A stretch of 64,000 bases of DNA from Rikenella microfusus (lineage in GTDB: Bacteria > Bacteroidota > Bacteroidia > Bacteroidales > VadinHA17), in NCBI GenBank assembly GCA_022736275.1, contig DZBJ01000004.1, forward strand, positions 73 through 64,072, read 5' to 3'. Each line of letters begins with the position of its first letter. The stretch's first letter is position 1. Below the pieces are notes generated by a model. It ran no database searches. It was not told where the DNA came from and was given only the letters and a program-made list of their open reading frames with translations. Positions 47,608 through 56,335 of this stretch are shown in pieces. Both the position numbers and the translations under genes were made by a program.

Positions 47608-48704
47608 TACTTTCGTTAATCGGGATACTCATCCTCTTCCTGACTTTCCTGCGCTTTATGGTGGCGATGGTGAACATGCTGTCAAGACCCTACCTTCCGG
47701 AGCTGCAACCTTATTACGGACCTCTGCCTTCACTGTCAGTCCTCATACCGGTCAGAAACGAAGAAAAGAACATAGGCAAGCTGCTTGGTTCTCTGATATC
47801 CCTCCCATACAAGAATGCAGAGATCCTGGTCTATGATGACGGATCAACTGACGGATCAGCCCTGGTGATAGATGGTTATATGCGCCTTGACAGCAGGGTA
47901 AGATATATCAGGGGGTCCGACCTGCCTGAAGGATGGACAGGAAAGAACCGGGCGTGCCATAACCTGGCAAAGGAGGCCAGGGGAGAATACCTCCTCTTCC
48001 TTGACGCTGACGTGACCGTGAGGAATGATTTCCTCCGGAGAGCAGTGTCATATGCAGTGAAGCATGACCTTACGCTCCTTTCAATGTTCCCGGGGCAGAT
48101 TATGAGGACAAAGGGTGAAAAGATCGTGGTGCCCTTTATGTTCCGTATACTTCTGTCACTGCTGCCCCTGTTTCTGATCCGGAGGTGTTCATGGACATCA
48201 TTCTCGGCTGCAAACGGACAGATGATGCTATTCCGCGGAGAGACCTACAGGAAGTACCGCTTTCACGAAAAAGTGAAGGATCATCTGGCAGAGGACATTG
48301 AAATCATGAGGGTGATCAAGCGGGCACGACTGAAGGGTGATACCCTTGTGGGCAGGAATGAAATAATGTGCCGGATGTACAGGAGCTACACGGAGGGGGT
48401 CAACGGGTTCTCACGCAATATCTTTTCGATGTTCAGCAACAGTGTTCTCTTTTTTCTGCTCTACTCCCTGACAGGCCTGGCAGGATGGATAATATTAGTT
48501 TTCATGCCGTGGTATTTCCCGGTATCATATCTGTTTATGGTTGTATCTTTGAATGCAATGATAGCGGCTACAAGCGGGCAGAAGGTTACCAACAGCATCC
48601 GGTGGCTCCTGCCAGGTATCGCAGCATATTTTCACATAGCATTCCTGGCAGTTGTCAGAACTGCCGGAAGAAGCTATGAATGGAAAGGACGTAAAGTGAA
48701 ATGA
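47604..48704 (+). CDS. membrane glycosyltransferase family 2 (CrtQ-like architecture)
   Basis: The start was set at the ATGA overlap (47604). Motifs LSVLIPVRNEE, VYDDGSTDGS and FLDADV, with C-terminal TM segments. Confidence 0.7.
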   Translation: MILSLIGILILFLTFLRFMVAMVNMLSRPYLPELQPYYGPLPSLSVLIPVRNEEKNIGKLLGSLISLPYKNAEILVYDDGSTDGSALVIDGYMRLDSRVRYIRGSDLPEGWTGKNRACHNLAKEARGEYLLFLDADVTVRNDFLRRAVSYAVKHDLTLLSMFPGQIMRTKGEKIVVPFMFRILLSLLPLFLIRRCSWTSFSAANGQMMLFRGETYRKYRFHEKVKDHLAEDIEIMRVIKRARLKGDTLVGRNEIMCRMYRSYTEGVNGFSRNIFSMFSNSVLFFLLYSLTGLAGWIILVFMPWYFPVSYLFMVVSLNAMIAATSGQKVTNSIRWLLPGIAAYFHIAFLAVVRTAGRSYEWKGRKVK

Positions 48705-49348
48705 AAAGAATAATTGGAATCATCCTGGTCTTATTACCTGCAATGGTTACTGTTCTGCCAGCATCAGGCACTGACTGCAGCAACTGCACAATCTATAAAG
48801 GGTTTGTCAACGGAGACATGCAGATATGGCAAAAGGGGATAAAGGAGCTTCAGGAGCTGTACGGCAGGGAATCAGGGTCATGCACTCTTTATACGCTTAC
48901 CGAGGCTAAATACGGATATGCAGGATTTCTTATCGGCTCAGGAGACAAGAATACCGCCAGACCTGTTATTGATGAATTTGAAAAAGATATCACGCTGCTG
49001 GCAGCTTATCCGGAATATAGGGCGGAGACGGAGGCTTTCAGGATAGCCCTGCTGGGTTATCGCATGGCCCTAAGCCCCGCACGGGCTGTCACTCTCGGGC
49101 CAAAGGCGCTGAAGCAGCTCGATGTTGCCATGGAGGCAGGAAGCAACAATGCTTCAGTGTGGATAGAAAAGGCCAACTCAGAATCACATATGTCTGCCTT
49201 CGCCGGAGGATCGAAGGAAAAGGCTGCTGCATCATTCAGGGAGGCCCTGCGCCTGTTTGAAGCAGACAAGAGCCTCTCTGACTGCAACTGGAGGTACCTC
49301 AATACCATTGTCATGCTCGGACAGCTTCTTGAGCAGATGGACGACTAA
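48701..49348 (+). CDS. hypothetical secreted helical-repeat protein. Its reading frame continues in frame past the TAA to 49450, so it may be a pseudogene.
   Basis: ATGA-coupled start and a signal peptide. After the TAA at 49346, the same frame reads NGAREAYLRALKREPGFQWVKNELLPAVEEKIK*. Confidence 0.55.
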   Translation: MKRIIGIILVLLPAMVTVLPASGTDCSNCTIYKGFVNGDMQIWQKGIKELQELYGRESGSCTLYTLTEAKYGYAGFLIGSGDKNTARPVIDEFEKDITLLAAYPEYRAETEAFRIALLGYRMALSPARAVTLGPKALKQLDVAMEAGSNNASVWIEKANSESHMSAFAGGSKEKAAASFREALRLFEADKSLSDCNWRYLNTIVMLGQLLEQMDD

Positions 49349-49526
49349 AATGGTGCACGTGAGGCATATCTCCGCGCACTGAAAAGGGAGCCCGGGTTCC
49401 AGTGGGTGAAGAACGAACTGCTGCCGGCGGTGGAGGAGAAAATAAAATGAGTAAAGTTAATCTCGCCGGAACTTATAAAGGCGTACGGTATGCGTCACGA
49501 AGGTAAAAGGAATACTGACTGACTGA

Positions 49527-50144
49527 ATTGATTTCCTGACGAGAAGAAGGGCACTCATTGTGGGCACCGGACTCGGAGGACTGGCTACGGCACTTCGGCT
49601 GAGCAGAAGGGGGTACGATGTTGAGATGGTTGAGATGTATAAACAGGCAGGAGGGAGGCTTAACCAGATCACTTCGGCCGGGTTTACATTCGATATGGCG
49701 CCCACCTTCTTCAGCATGAGCTATCACTTTGATGAGTTCGTCAGGGCCGCCGGCATAAAGATGCCTTTCCGCTTTGTTAAGATCGATCCGCTCTACCACG
49801 TTAACTTCAGGAAGAGCGACAGACGTTACATCATATACCGCGACCTTGACCGGCGGACTGAGCAGTTTGAATCGACCGAGCCGGGTTTTCGCGGCAGGAT
49901 GGAAAGGTCCCTTGCCTCGTCGGGCCGGCTGTTCTATGATATCGAAAAGGGAGTTTTGTCAAAGAATTTCAGGTCACTGCCCGATTTCATCTTCCAGATG
50001 ACGAAACTGCCTGTCAGGCACGTGCCGAAAGTATTGCGTTCGGTCTTGGGTGAGGAAGAGCCAAATCCGAGAGCGCTGCCGCTGTTTGCCGTTCAGGCAG
50101 GTTTCTTTGCGGTGATAGATCTCTTCTATGCTGTGGTCATCTGA
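49527..50144 (+). pseudogene. phytoene desaturase (CrtI)-family FAD oxidoreductase, N-terminal fragment only
   Basis: RRRALIVGTGLGGLATALRLSRRGYDVEMVEMYKQAGGRL is a Rossmann GxGxxG motif. There is no ATG before the first beta-strand (only the GTG at 49560). Family similarity ends after ~165 aa, whereas full-length members are ~490 aa. Confidence 0.6.
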
Positions 50145-50154
50145 TTTTCATAAT

Positions 50155-50406
50155 ATGAGGCTCTACCTGATCTTCCTCACCTTGCTTCTTACGACCGGAA
50201 CATCCTGCAAACAGACCGGTGATAATAACCTGTTGGTAGTCGGAGAGCCTCAAGTATCAGTAAAAACCGAGCCTTTATTTCCTGAAAGGGAGGTGATTGA
50301 ATTGGTTACAGTATGTTTCACTGCTGAGGGTAAGGAAAACAGACTGGCCCTGAATAAGACCTTCTTCATTACAAATACCTGGTCCTTTATCAGGAAGCGA
50401 CTCTGA
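50155..50406 (+). CDS. hypothetical small lipoprotein
   Basis: MRLYLIFLTLLLTTGTSC lipobox. Length is 83 aa, and no family was recognised. Confidence 0.35.
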   Translation: MRLYLIFLTLLLTTGTSCKQTGDNNLLVVGEPQVSVKTEPLFPEREVIELVTVCFTAEGKENRLALNKTFFITNTWSFIRKRL

Positions 50407-50579
50407 TCACCGGTCAACGCCTGAACTGAGGCATCTGGTCTGGTTTACACCAGTTAATGGCTGATAAATTGTATCGGTCAATCTGGTGATATTGTAATAA
50501 ACGATCATTATATCGTTGTAATTCAGCTGAATAAGTTACGGACTAAAAAAATAGTCAAAAAAGATGCGAAAATAGTTGC

Positions 50580-50599
50580 ATGACTAAGAAAATAGTCAT
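50580..50599. promoter_or_regulatory. candidate BlaI-family operator: dyad ATGACT-N8-AGTCAT
   Basis: Perfect 6-bp arms abutting the -7 box. Three direct AAAATAGT copies lie at 50547-50596. Confidence 0.3.
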
Positions 50600-50606
50600 A
50601 TATTTG
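50599..50606 (+). promoter_or_regulatory. -7 promoter box TATATTTG upstream of the blaI-like gene
   Basis: Exact TAnnTTTG match 24 nt upstream of the ATG at 50631. Confidence 0.4.
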
Positions 50607-50630
50607 TATTGAAGGATTAACAGAACAGAT

Positions 50631-51017
50631 ATGAAGACGATGCAACTGACAAGGGCGGAGGAACAGGTGATGCAGGTCCTGTGGGACCTGGGAGAGGGAC
50701 TGGTCAAGGATATCAGGGACCGGTTTGATGAACCCAGGCCAGCCAGGAACACCGTTTCAACCGTGGTTAGGATTTTGGAGAAAAAGGGTTTCGTGGACCA
50801 CAAGTCCTATGGAAATGTTTACCTTTATTTTCCGATCGTTTCGCGGGAGGATTACTCACGGCACCAGCTCTTCGGGCTTCTTGAAGGTTACTTTGACAAC
50901 TCGTTTCCGGCCATGGCATCATTCTTTGCACGTGAGAAGGATCTTTCCATGGCGGAACTGGAGGAACTGATGACAGAGACCAGGGAGGAATTGTCGGCAC
51001 GCAAAAAATTGAAATGA
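50631..51017 (+). CDS. BlaI/MecI/CopY family transcriptional repressor
   Basis: LTRAEEQVMQVLWDLGEGLVKDI..ARNTVSTVVRILEKKGFV is a winged helix. Confidence 0.8.
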   Translation: MKTMQLTRAEEQVMQVLWDLGEGLVKDIRDRFDEPRPARNTVSTVVRILEKKGFVDHKSYGNVYLYFPIVSREDYSRHQLFGLLEGYFDNSFPAMASFFAREKDLSMAELEELMTETREELSARKKLK

Positions 51018-52606
51018 TGGAAGCACTCGGATTCTACCTGCTTAAGTCGGCAATCTGGATATCCGGATTCGGGCTTATTTACGCAATTTTCCTTCAGAAT
51101 GAGAGGTTTTTCCAGTTGAACAGGATCTATCTTGTTGTCGGAATACTTTCCTCAATAATACTTCCTTTCCTCACGGTGAGGTATGTGGTTGCCGTGCCTG
51201 AGATTCAGACGCTGACGACTGCAGGGGCCTTGAGCGGGGGAGTTGAACGGGCTGCAACTCGCCCGGACCTGTTGATTCTTTTATTATATGGTATCTGGCT
51301 GGCAGGGGTTTTGTTCATTGCTGTCAGGTTTATCATCCAGATGGTTCCTGTATTAAAGGTGGCAAAAAGGGCCAGTCCGGTATCAGGTTATCCGGTAAAA
51401 CTGATTCGGTCGTCTGATTTTCCTTCTCCTTTTTCATTATTCTCCTTAGTTGTTGTCAATCCTTCTGTTTCAGAGACTGAGACTAGGGAGATAATGAATC
51501 ATGAGGTAGTGCACATCAGACAGAAACACTGGCTGGACCTGTTCCTCTCAGGATTTATTTGTGCAGTTCAATGGTTTAATCCTGCCGTATGGATCTATTC
51601 CCGGTTTGTCAGGCAGAATCATGAGTACCTGGCCGATGCAGAGGCGCTGCAGCGCACATCTGACCCGGTTCTGTACAAGGCTGCTCTTCTCAACCAGATA
51701 GCGGGGTCACCCGTGATTGATCTGGGCAACTTTTTCAGTAATTCACTAAACAAAAAAAGATTTACCATGATGAAAAATACATTCAGTTCACCGTTCAGGA
51801 AGCTTAAGCTACTTCTGATTCTGCCTGTTGCCGCACTGGTTCTCTACGCCTTCGCAAAACCGGAGTACAGGATCACAACAATCGGAGCAGATTCACCTCC
51901 TGCCAGTACCGTTCAGGCTGAGATGATCAAATCAGTCAGGGGCGTTGTTCTAAGTGAGGAGGGTACACCGCTCGAGGGAGCGGTTGTTGTGGTGCAGGGT
52001 ACCGCAACAGGTACTACTACTGACAAGCAAGGACGGTTCGCCCTTGATAATGTGGCAGATGACGCGGTCCTTATTATTTCATATGTCGGATATGAGAACG
52101 CCGCGGTAAAGGCCTCCGCAGGGCCAGAAATCACCGCCAGGATGAAGAAGAAGTCAGTGGTCATGAAGACGGTGGTTGTTATTGCTCTAAATACCGATGC
52201 CTCAGCTGCGTCACCGCCACCCCCGCCACCCCCGCCCCCACCATCGTCTGACAAGGCGGAAGCAGGAGGGGAGGTCTTCACGGCAATTGAGGAGATGCCG
52301 GTGTTCCCTGGCGGAAATGAGGCCATGTTTGTATTTGTAATGAATAATATCAAGTATCCTGACGAAGCAAAAGCTCAGAATATCACCGGATTGGTCAAAG
52401 TCTGCTTTGTTGTCAAGGCCAACGGAAAGGTATCTGATGTGAGGGTGGAAAAATCGGCTCATAAGTTACTTGATGCCGAGGCAGTGAGGGTTGTTAAGAG
52501 CATGCCCGACTGGAAACCAGGGAAGCAACAGGGAAAACCTGTAGACGTAGGTTACACAATACCTGTGGAGTTCAATCTTAAGGGCCAGTTAAAGGTCACC
52601 AAATAA
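51014..52606 (+). CDS. BlaR1-type M56 peptidase sensor fused to CarboxypepD_reg-like and TonB C-terminal domains
   Basis: ATGA overlap with the blaI-like gene. Motif HEVVHIRQKHWLD (HExxH), then VRGVVLSEEGTPLEGAVVVVQGT, a P10 linker, and the TonB-C region EEMPVFPGG..GLVKVCFVV..GKV. Confidence 0.75.
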   Translation: MMEALGFYLLKSAIWISGFGLIYAIFLQNERFFQLNRIYLVVGILSSIILPFLTVRYVVAVPEIQTLTTAGALSGGVERAATRPDLLILLLYGIWLAGVLFIAVRFIIQMVPVLKVAKRASPVSGYPVKLIRSSDFPSPFSLFSLVVVNPSVSETETREIMNHEVVHIRQKHWLDLFLSGFICAVQWFNPAVWIYSRFVRQNHEYLADAEALQRTSDPVLYKAALLNQIAGSPVIDLGNFFSNSLNKKRFTMMKNTFSSPFRKLKLLLILPVAALVLYAFAKPEYRITTIGADSPPASTVQAEMIKSVRGVVLSEEGTPLEGAVVVVQGTATGTTTDKQGRFALDNVADDAVLIISYVGYENAAVKASAGPEITARMKKKSVVMKTVVVIALNTDASAASPPPPPPPPPPSSDKAEAGGEVFTAIEEMPVFPGGNEAMFVFVMNNIKYPDEAKAQNITGLVKVCFVVKANGKVSDVRVEKSAHKLLDAEAVRVVKSMPDWKPGKQQGKPVDVGYTIPVEFNLKGQLKVTK

Positions 52607-52638
52607 ATCCATACAGGCGGGGAAGAATACTTAAATTA

Positions 52639-52671
52639 CAAGGCCGGTCCGAAAGACCGGCCTTGTTTTTT
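52639..52671 (+). terminator. intrinsic terminator after the blaR1-like gene
   Basis: CAAGGCCGGTC-cgaaa-GACCGGCCTTG, a perfect 11-bp stem, followed by T6. Confidence 0.8.
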
Positions 52672-52750
52672 CGTTATGCTTTACGACATAATGTGAGCAA
52701 TTGTATCTGCATTTCTCCCGGGATAGATGGGGAATGAAGTTTTAAAACTG

Positions 52751-52758
52751 TAATTTTG
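52751..52758 (+). promoter_or_regulatory. -7 promoter box TAATTTTG upstream of the BioF-like gene
   Basis: TAnnTTTG match 35 nt upstream of the ATG at 52794. Confidence 0.35.
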
Positions 52759-52793
52759 ATACCATCAGATTTGTTGTAACAAGCTAATTCCCC

Positions 52794-53900
52794 ATGATCC
52801 TCTTAAACAGCGAAGTCGGTAATTATGTCATCAGCAACGGTAAAAAATATTCTTATTTCGCGGGTAACAATTACCTGGCTCTTGCCTCTCACCCTGAAGT
52901 AAAGGCAGCCGTTATCAGGGCTGTTGAAAAGTACGGTGTCAATTTCTCCGCCTCGCGTCATACGACGGGGACGGCCGACATCCATCTTGAGCTTGAGAGC
53001 GTGCTTGCTTCATTCAAGGGTAAGGAAGACGCGGTTGTCTTCGCCTCCGGCTACCAGGGCAACAGTATTCTGCTCGAGATTCTGAAAGGGAGCTATTCAA
53101 CAATCTTCATTGACCAGTCAGCGCATGCCAGCATTATCGCAGCCATCCCGTCCGATGTGGTCAGGGTGATGTTTTACGGACACTGCGATGCGGATCATCT
53201 CGATTACCTCCTTGAGTACAACCGGGGGTCCAGTCCTCTGGTGGTGACGGATGGCATATTTCCGCTAACTGGTGAGATAGCTCCTCTGAACAGAATTTAC
53301 CCGGTAGTGAAAAAGCACAACGGGATACTTGTGGTTGATGATGCTCATTCAACGGGTATCCTGGGCGAAACAGGCAAAGGTACTCCTGAGCACTTTTCTC
53401 TTCCTGACGACGATAAGATATTCCAGACTGAGACGATGAGCAAAGCCCTGGGCGGATACGGAGGATTTATTTCTGCCGGAAGGGAGCTGACGGAGATGAT
53501 CAGGGAGAGGTCTGCAACCTACCAGGCATCGACGGCTCTGCCACCTCCGATAGCGGCAGCAGGAATCGCCTCGATTGCTATCCTTAAAGCCAATCCCCAA
53601 CTGCATGTGGACCTGGTTGACAAGGCATGGCGGCTGAGGGAGGAGATAGCTGCCATGGATTTTCAGACCACACATGACAGGACCCCCATTATCCCGATCA
53701 TACTGGATACTCCTGAGAAGGCAAGGGGCCTCTCAATGTTCCTGGAGGAAAACGGTGTGATTGCTCCATTCATGAATTATCCCGTCAGGAAGGAGTTGCA
53801 TCAGATAAGAATAGCGGTTTCTGTCAGTCACACAGACAATCAGATCACCCGGTTACTTGAGTTGTTAAAAAAATGGAAGGAGAAAAATGAAAGCAATTAA
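52794..53900 (+). CDS. alpha-oxoamine synthase family PLP enzyme (8-amino-7-oxononanoate synthase/BioF-like)
   Basis: FAGNNYLALASHPEV, VVDDAHSTGILG, and TMSKALGGYGGF (PLP lysine). Length is 368 aa. Confidence 0.7.
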   Translation: MILLNSEVGNYVISNGKKYSYFAGNNYLALASHPEVKAAVIRAVEKYGVNFSASRHTTGTADIHLELESVLASFKGKEDAVVFASGYQGNSILLEILKGSYSTIFIDQSAHASIIAAIPSDVVRVMFYGHCDADHLDYLLEYNRGSSPLVVTDGIFPLTGEIAPLNRIYPVVKKHNGILVVDDAHSTGILGETGKGTPEHFSLPDDDKIFQTETMSKALGGYGGFISAGRELTEMIRERSATYQASTALPPPIAAAGIASIAILKANPQLHVDLVDKAWRLREEIAAMDFQTTHDRTPIIPIILDTPEKARGLSMFLEENGVIAPFMNYPVRKELHQIRIAVSVSHTDNQITRLLELLKKWKEKNESN

Positions 53901-54960
53901 GATCAGGGAAGTATTCATTGAGCCGGTAAACGTACCGCTTGAAGAGCCGTTCAGGATAGCCATCGGAACCAAGTACAGCATTGAAAACGCGCTGGTGACT
54001 GTGGTTCTTGACAACGGGATCGAAGGTTACGGAGAGGCGGCCCCGCTGGAGCCGATCAACGGGGAGAATCAGGTCACGGTGCTTGCCACGCTGAAAAGCT
54101 GCGTTGATTTCATTAAGGGGAAGGAAATTACTGATTACAGGGCTGTCTCCGCAACCCTGCGCGGAGTATTCTGGGCGCAGATCACCGCACGGTGCGCAAT
54201 AGAAATGGCCCTTCTCGACGCCTATGCAAAAGTGCTTGACATTCCGCTTTACCAGTTCTTCGGGGGTGCGGGGAACAAGGCTGAAACAGACTATACCATT
54301 GACATAGTGCCTCCGGAGACGGCAAAAGCCAATGCTGCAAAACTTGCCAGGGCAGGATACACGATGCTCAAGACCAAGGTGGGCAAGAAACTGACTGACG
54401 ATATCGACCGTCTTCTTGCAATCAGGGAGGGGGCTCCGCAATGCGGCCTGACCATTGATGCAAACCAGGGCTACTCGCCGTGCGAGGCTGTTCATTTCAT
54501 TGAAGAAATGGGTAAGAATAACATCAGACCCCTTCTCTTTGAACAGCCTGTATCACGCTATGACCTCCAGGGGATGAGGTTTGTCAAGGATCATACATCT
54601 ATCCCCATCGCAGCTGATGAATCGGTCTTCACCAGCGCCGATGCCATAAACGTAGTCCGTACAGGCTGCGCTGATTACATCAACATCAAGCTGATGAAGT
54701 CGGGGATAATTGAAGCTATGGATATTGCCGCCATCGCACGAAGCGCAAATATAAAGCTCATGATCGGGTGCATGCTTGAGACGAAACTGGCGCTGGGATG
54801 CTCGGTTCATTTTGCGGCAGGGATGGGCTGCTTCAGTCATATCGACCTTGACCCTCACATTGAGCCGGATCTGGAACCCTTTACCGGCGGACCGGATTAC
54901 AGTGCGCCTTTCTATACACTCTCGCCTGACCTGCCCGGAATCGGGTGCCGGAGAAGGTAA
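53887..54960 (+). CDS. enolase-superfamily dipeptide epimerase (L-Ala-D/L-Glu epimerase-like)
   Basis: GYGEAAP, LKTKVG, DANQGY, FEQP and AADES. It overlaps the BioF-like gene by 14 nt. Confidence 0.75.
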   Translation: MKAIKIREVFIEPVNVPLEEPFRIAIGTKYSIENALVTVVLDNGIEGYGEAAPLEPINGENQVTVLATLKSCVDFIKGKEITDYRAVSATLRGVFWAQITARCAIEMALLDAYAKVLDIPLYQFFGGAGNKAETDYTIDIVPPETAKANAAKLARAGYTMLKTKVGKKLTDDIDRLLAIREGAPQCGLTIDANQGYSPCEAVHFIEEMGKNNIRPLLFEQPVSRYDLQGMRFVKDHTSIPIAADESVFTSADAINVVRTGCADYINIKLMKSGIIEAMDIAAIARSANIKLMIGCMLETKLALGCSVHFAAGMGCFSHIDLDPHIEPDLEPFTGGPDYSAPFYTLSPDLPGIGCRRR

Positions 54961-55197
54961 CCAACCTAATCTGGTTGATAGACGGGAAAGATTTATTTGT
55001 TCATTTTCGGAAGTCGGATCAGGTCATCTTACCGGTGCTGAACACCGGATCGGGTAATTGCCGGCGGGACCCCTGACAACGACTTCATCATGCCATGGAG
55101 TTGTCCGCCAAGGTATGTTTCATATATAATTTATTGAAAATAAATATAATATCCGGATAATTATGCGTACATTGCGGCATATTAATAAAATCAAATA

Positions 55198-55389
55198 ATG
55201 AGTAAAGGAACAGTAAAATTCTACAATGAGTTCAAAGGATTCGGATTCATCAAAGAGGAAAATTCACCAAAAGAGTATTTTGTGCATTCAACTGGTTTAA
55301 AGGACAATATCAAGGAAAATGATGTTGTTACATTTGACCTGGAGCAGGGAAAAAAAGGATTAAATGCAGTAAATGTTAAGCGTGTATAG
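55198..55389 (+). CDS. cold-shock domain protein
   Basis: GTVKFYNEFKGFGFIKE contains the RNP1/RNP2 motifs. Length is 63 aa. Confidence 0.9.
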   Translation: MSKGTVKFYNEFKGFGFIKEENSPKEYFVHSTGLKDNIKENDVVTFDLEQGKKGLNAVNVKRV

Positions 55390-55416
55390 TTTTAATGCAG
55401 ACATTTAAAAATTTTG

Positions 55417-55444
55417 GTCCCGCCGGTGACGGCGGGACTTTTTA
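55417..55444 (+). terminator. intrinsic terminator after the cold-shock gene
   Basis: GTCCCGCC-ggtgac-GGCGGGAC followed by TTTTT. Confidence 0.8.
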
Positions 55445-55461
55445 TTGCAATTCAAGAAAAT

Positions 55462-55620
55462 ATGATCGAAAAAAAACCTGTAGTTTTCAAATCGCCCGAT
55501 CTCTCCAAGATGAGAGAGGTTATCATTGATCACAGGACCAAAATTTACATCGCCCTTGATGCTGATGCCAGCGAGGCGAAGTCGCGTTACCTTGCTAATC
55601 TTAAAAACAGGAAACCGTAG
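55462..55620 (+). CDS. hypothetical 52-aa protein
   Basis: The start was moved past the terminator to MIEKKPVVFKSPDLSKMREVIIDHRTKIYIALDADASEAKSRYLANLKNRKP. No family was recognised. Confidence 0.3.
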   Translation: MIEKKPVVFKSPDLSKMREVIIDHRTKIYIALDADASEAKSRYLANLKNRKP

Positions 55621-56335
55621 GTTTACCGCGGTTCACGGCTGCCTGTCACCTTCCTTTCTCAAGTGCCTGTCTGGTTGACACTCCATTACCAGCCTGATAT
55701 TGATCTTCTTACATTCTTGTTTTTATTATACTCACCGCCCCTGGCATCACCAGACTGACTCTCCGCCCCGGAAAGTGAGCCTTTTTCTCTCAGTTTTCTT
55801 CATGAGATCTTCATAAAAATGCCGGAATTGTCTCCCGGATCATAATTTTCACCTTCCTGAATCCTGCTTTTGTCAAAATCTGTTTTTCCCCCTTTTCCGG
55901 CATTTTAAACAGCATAATATGCATATATACAGTGACATAACCTCTGTCAATATGCCTGTTATCCTGTTAACGCTGAATCTCCGGTAAAAATGACCCTGTT
56001 TTTGACGAATAGCCTTCTCAGTATTGTCAGTGGTATTCCAGGGCAAGCGAGTCGCCCTTTTTTCTTGATTAATGATTTTCTGATCTATTGCTAAAGTCCA
56101 CTATATGGACGTGAGCGACTTGCGTTACCTGCTATTCCACATTAACTTTGACAATACTTAAGAGCCACAGAAATGAAGATACTTTTTCAGATTACATCAC
56201 CGGAAACGGGAAGGGTTCTGATCAGACGCCGGAAGATTGCCAAAGCTTTGCGATGGTGGCTTCGTGAAAGGGGTATCGTTTACGACTATACATATTTTCT
56301 TAAGTAGTCATTGCTATATAAAATACTCTTAAGAA

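Noticed and set aside
52200-52245. A GC-rich CCN repeat (ccgccacccccgccacccccgccccca) as a possible DNA repeat element.
   Set aside because: It simply encodes the poly-proline linker typical of TonB-family proteins.
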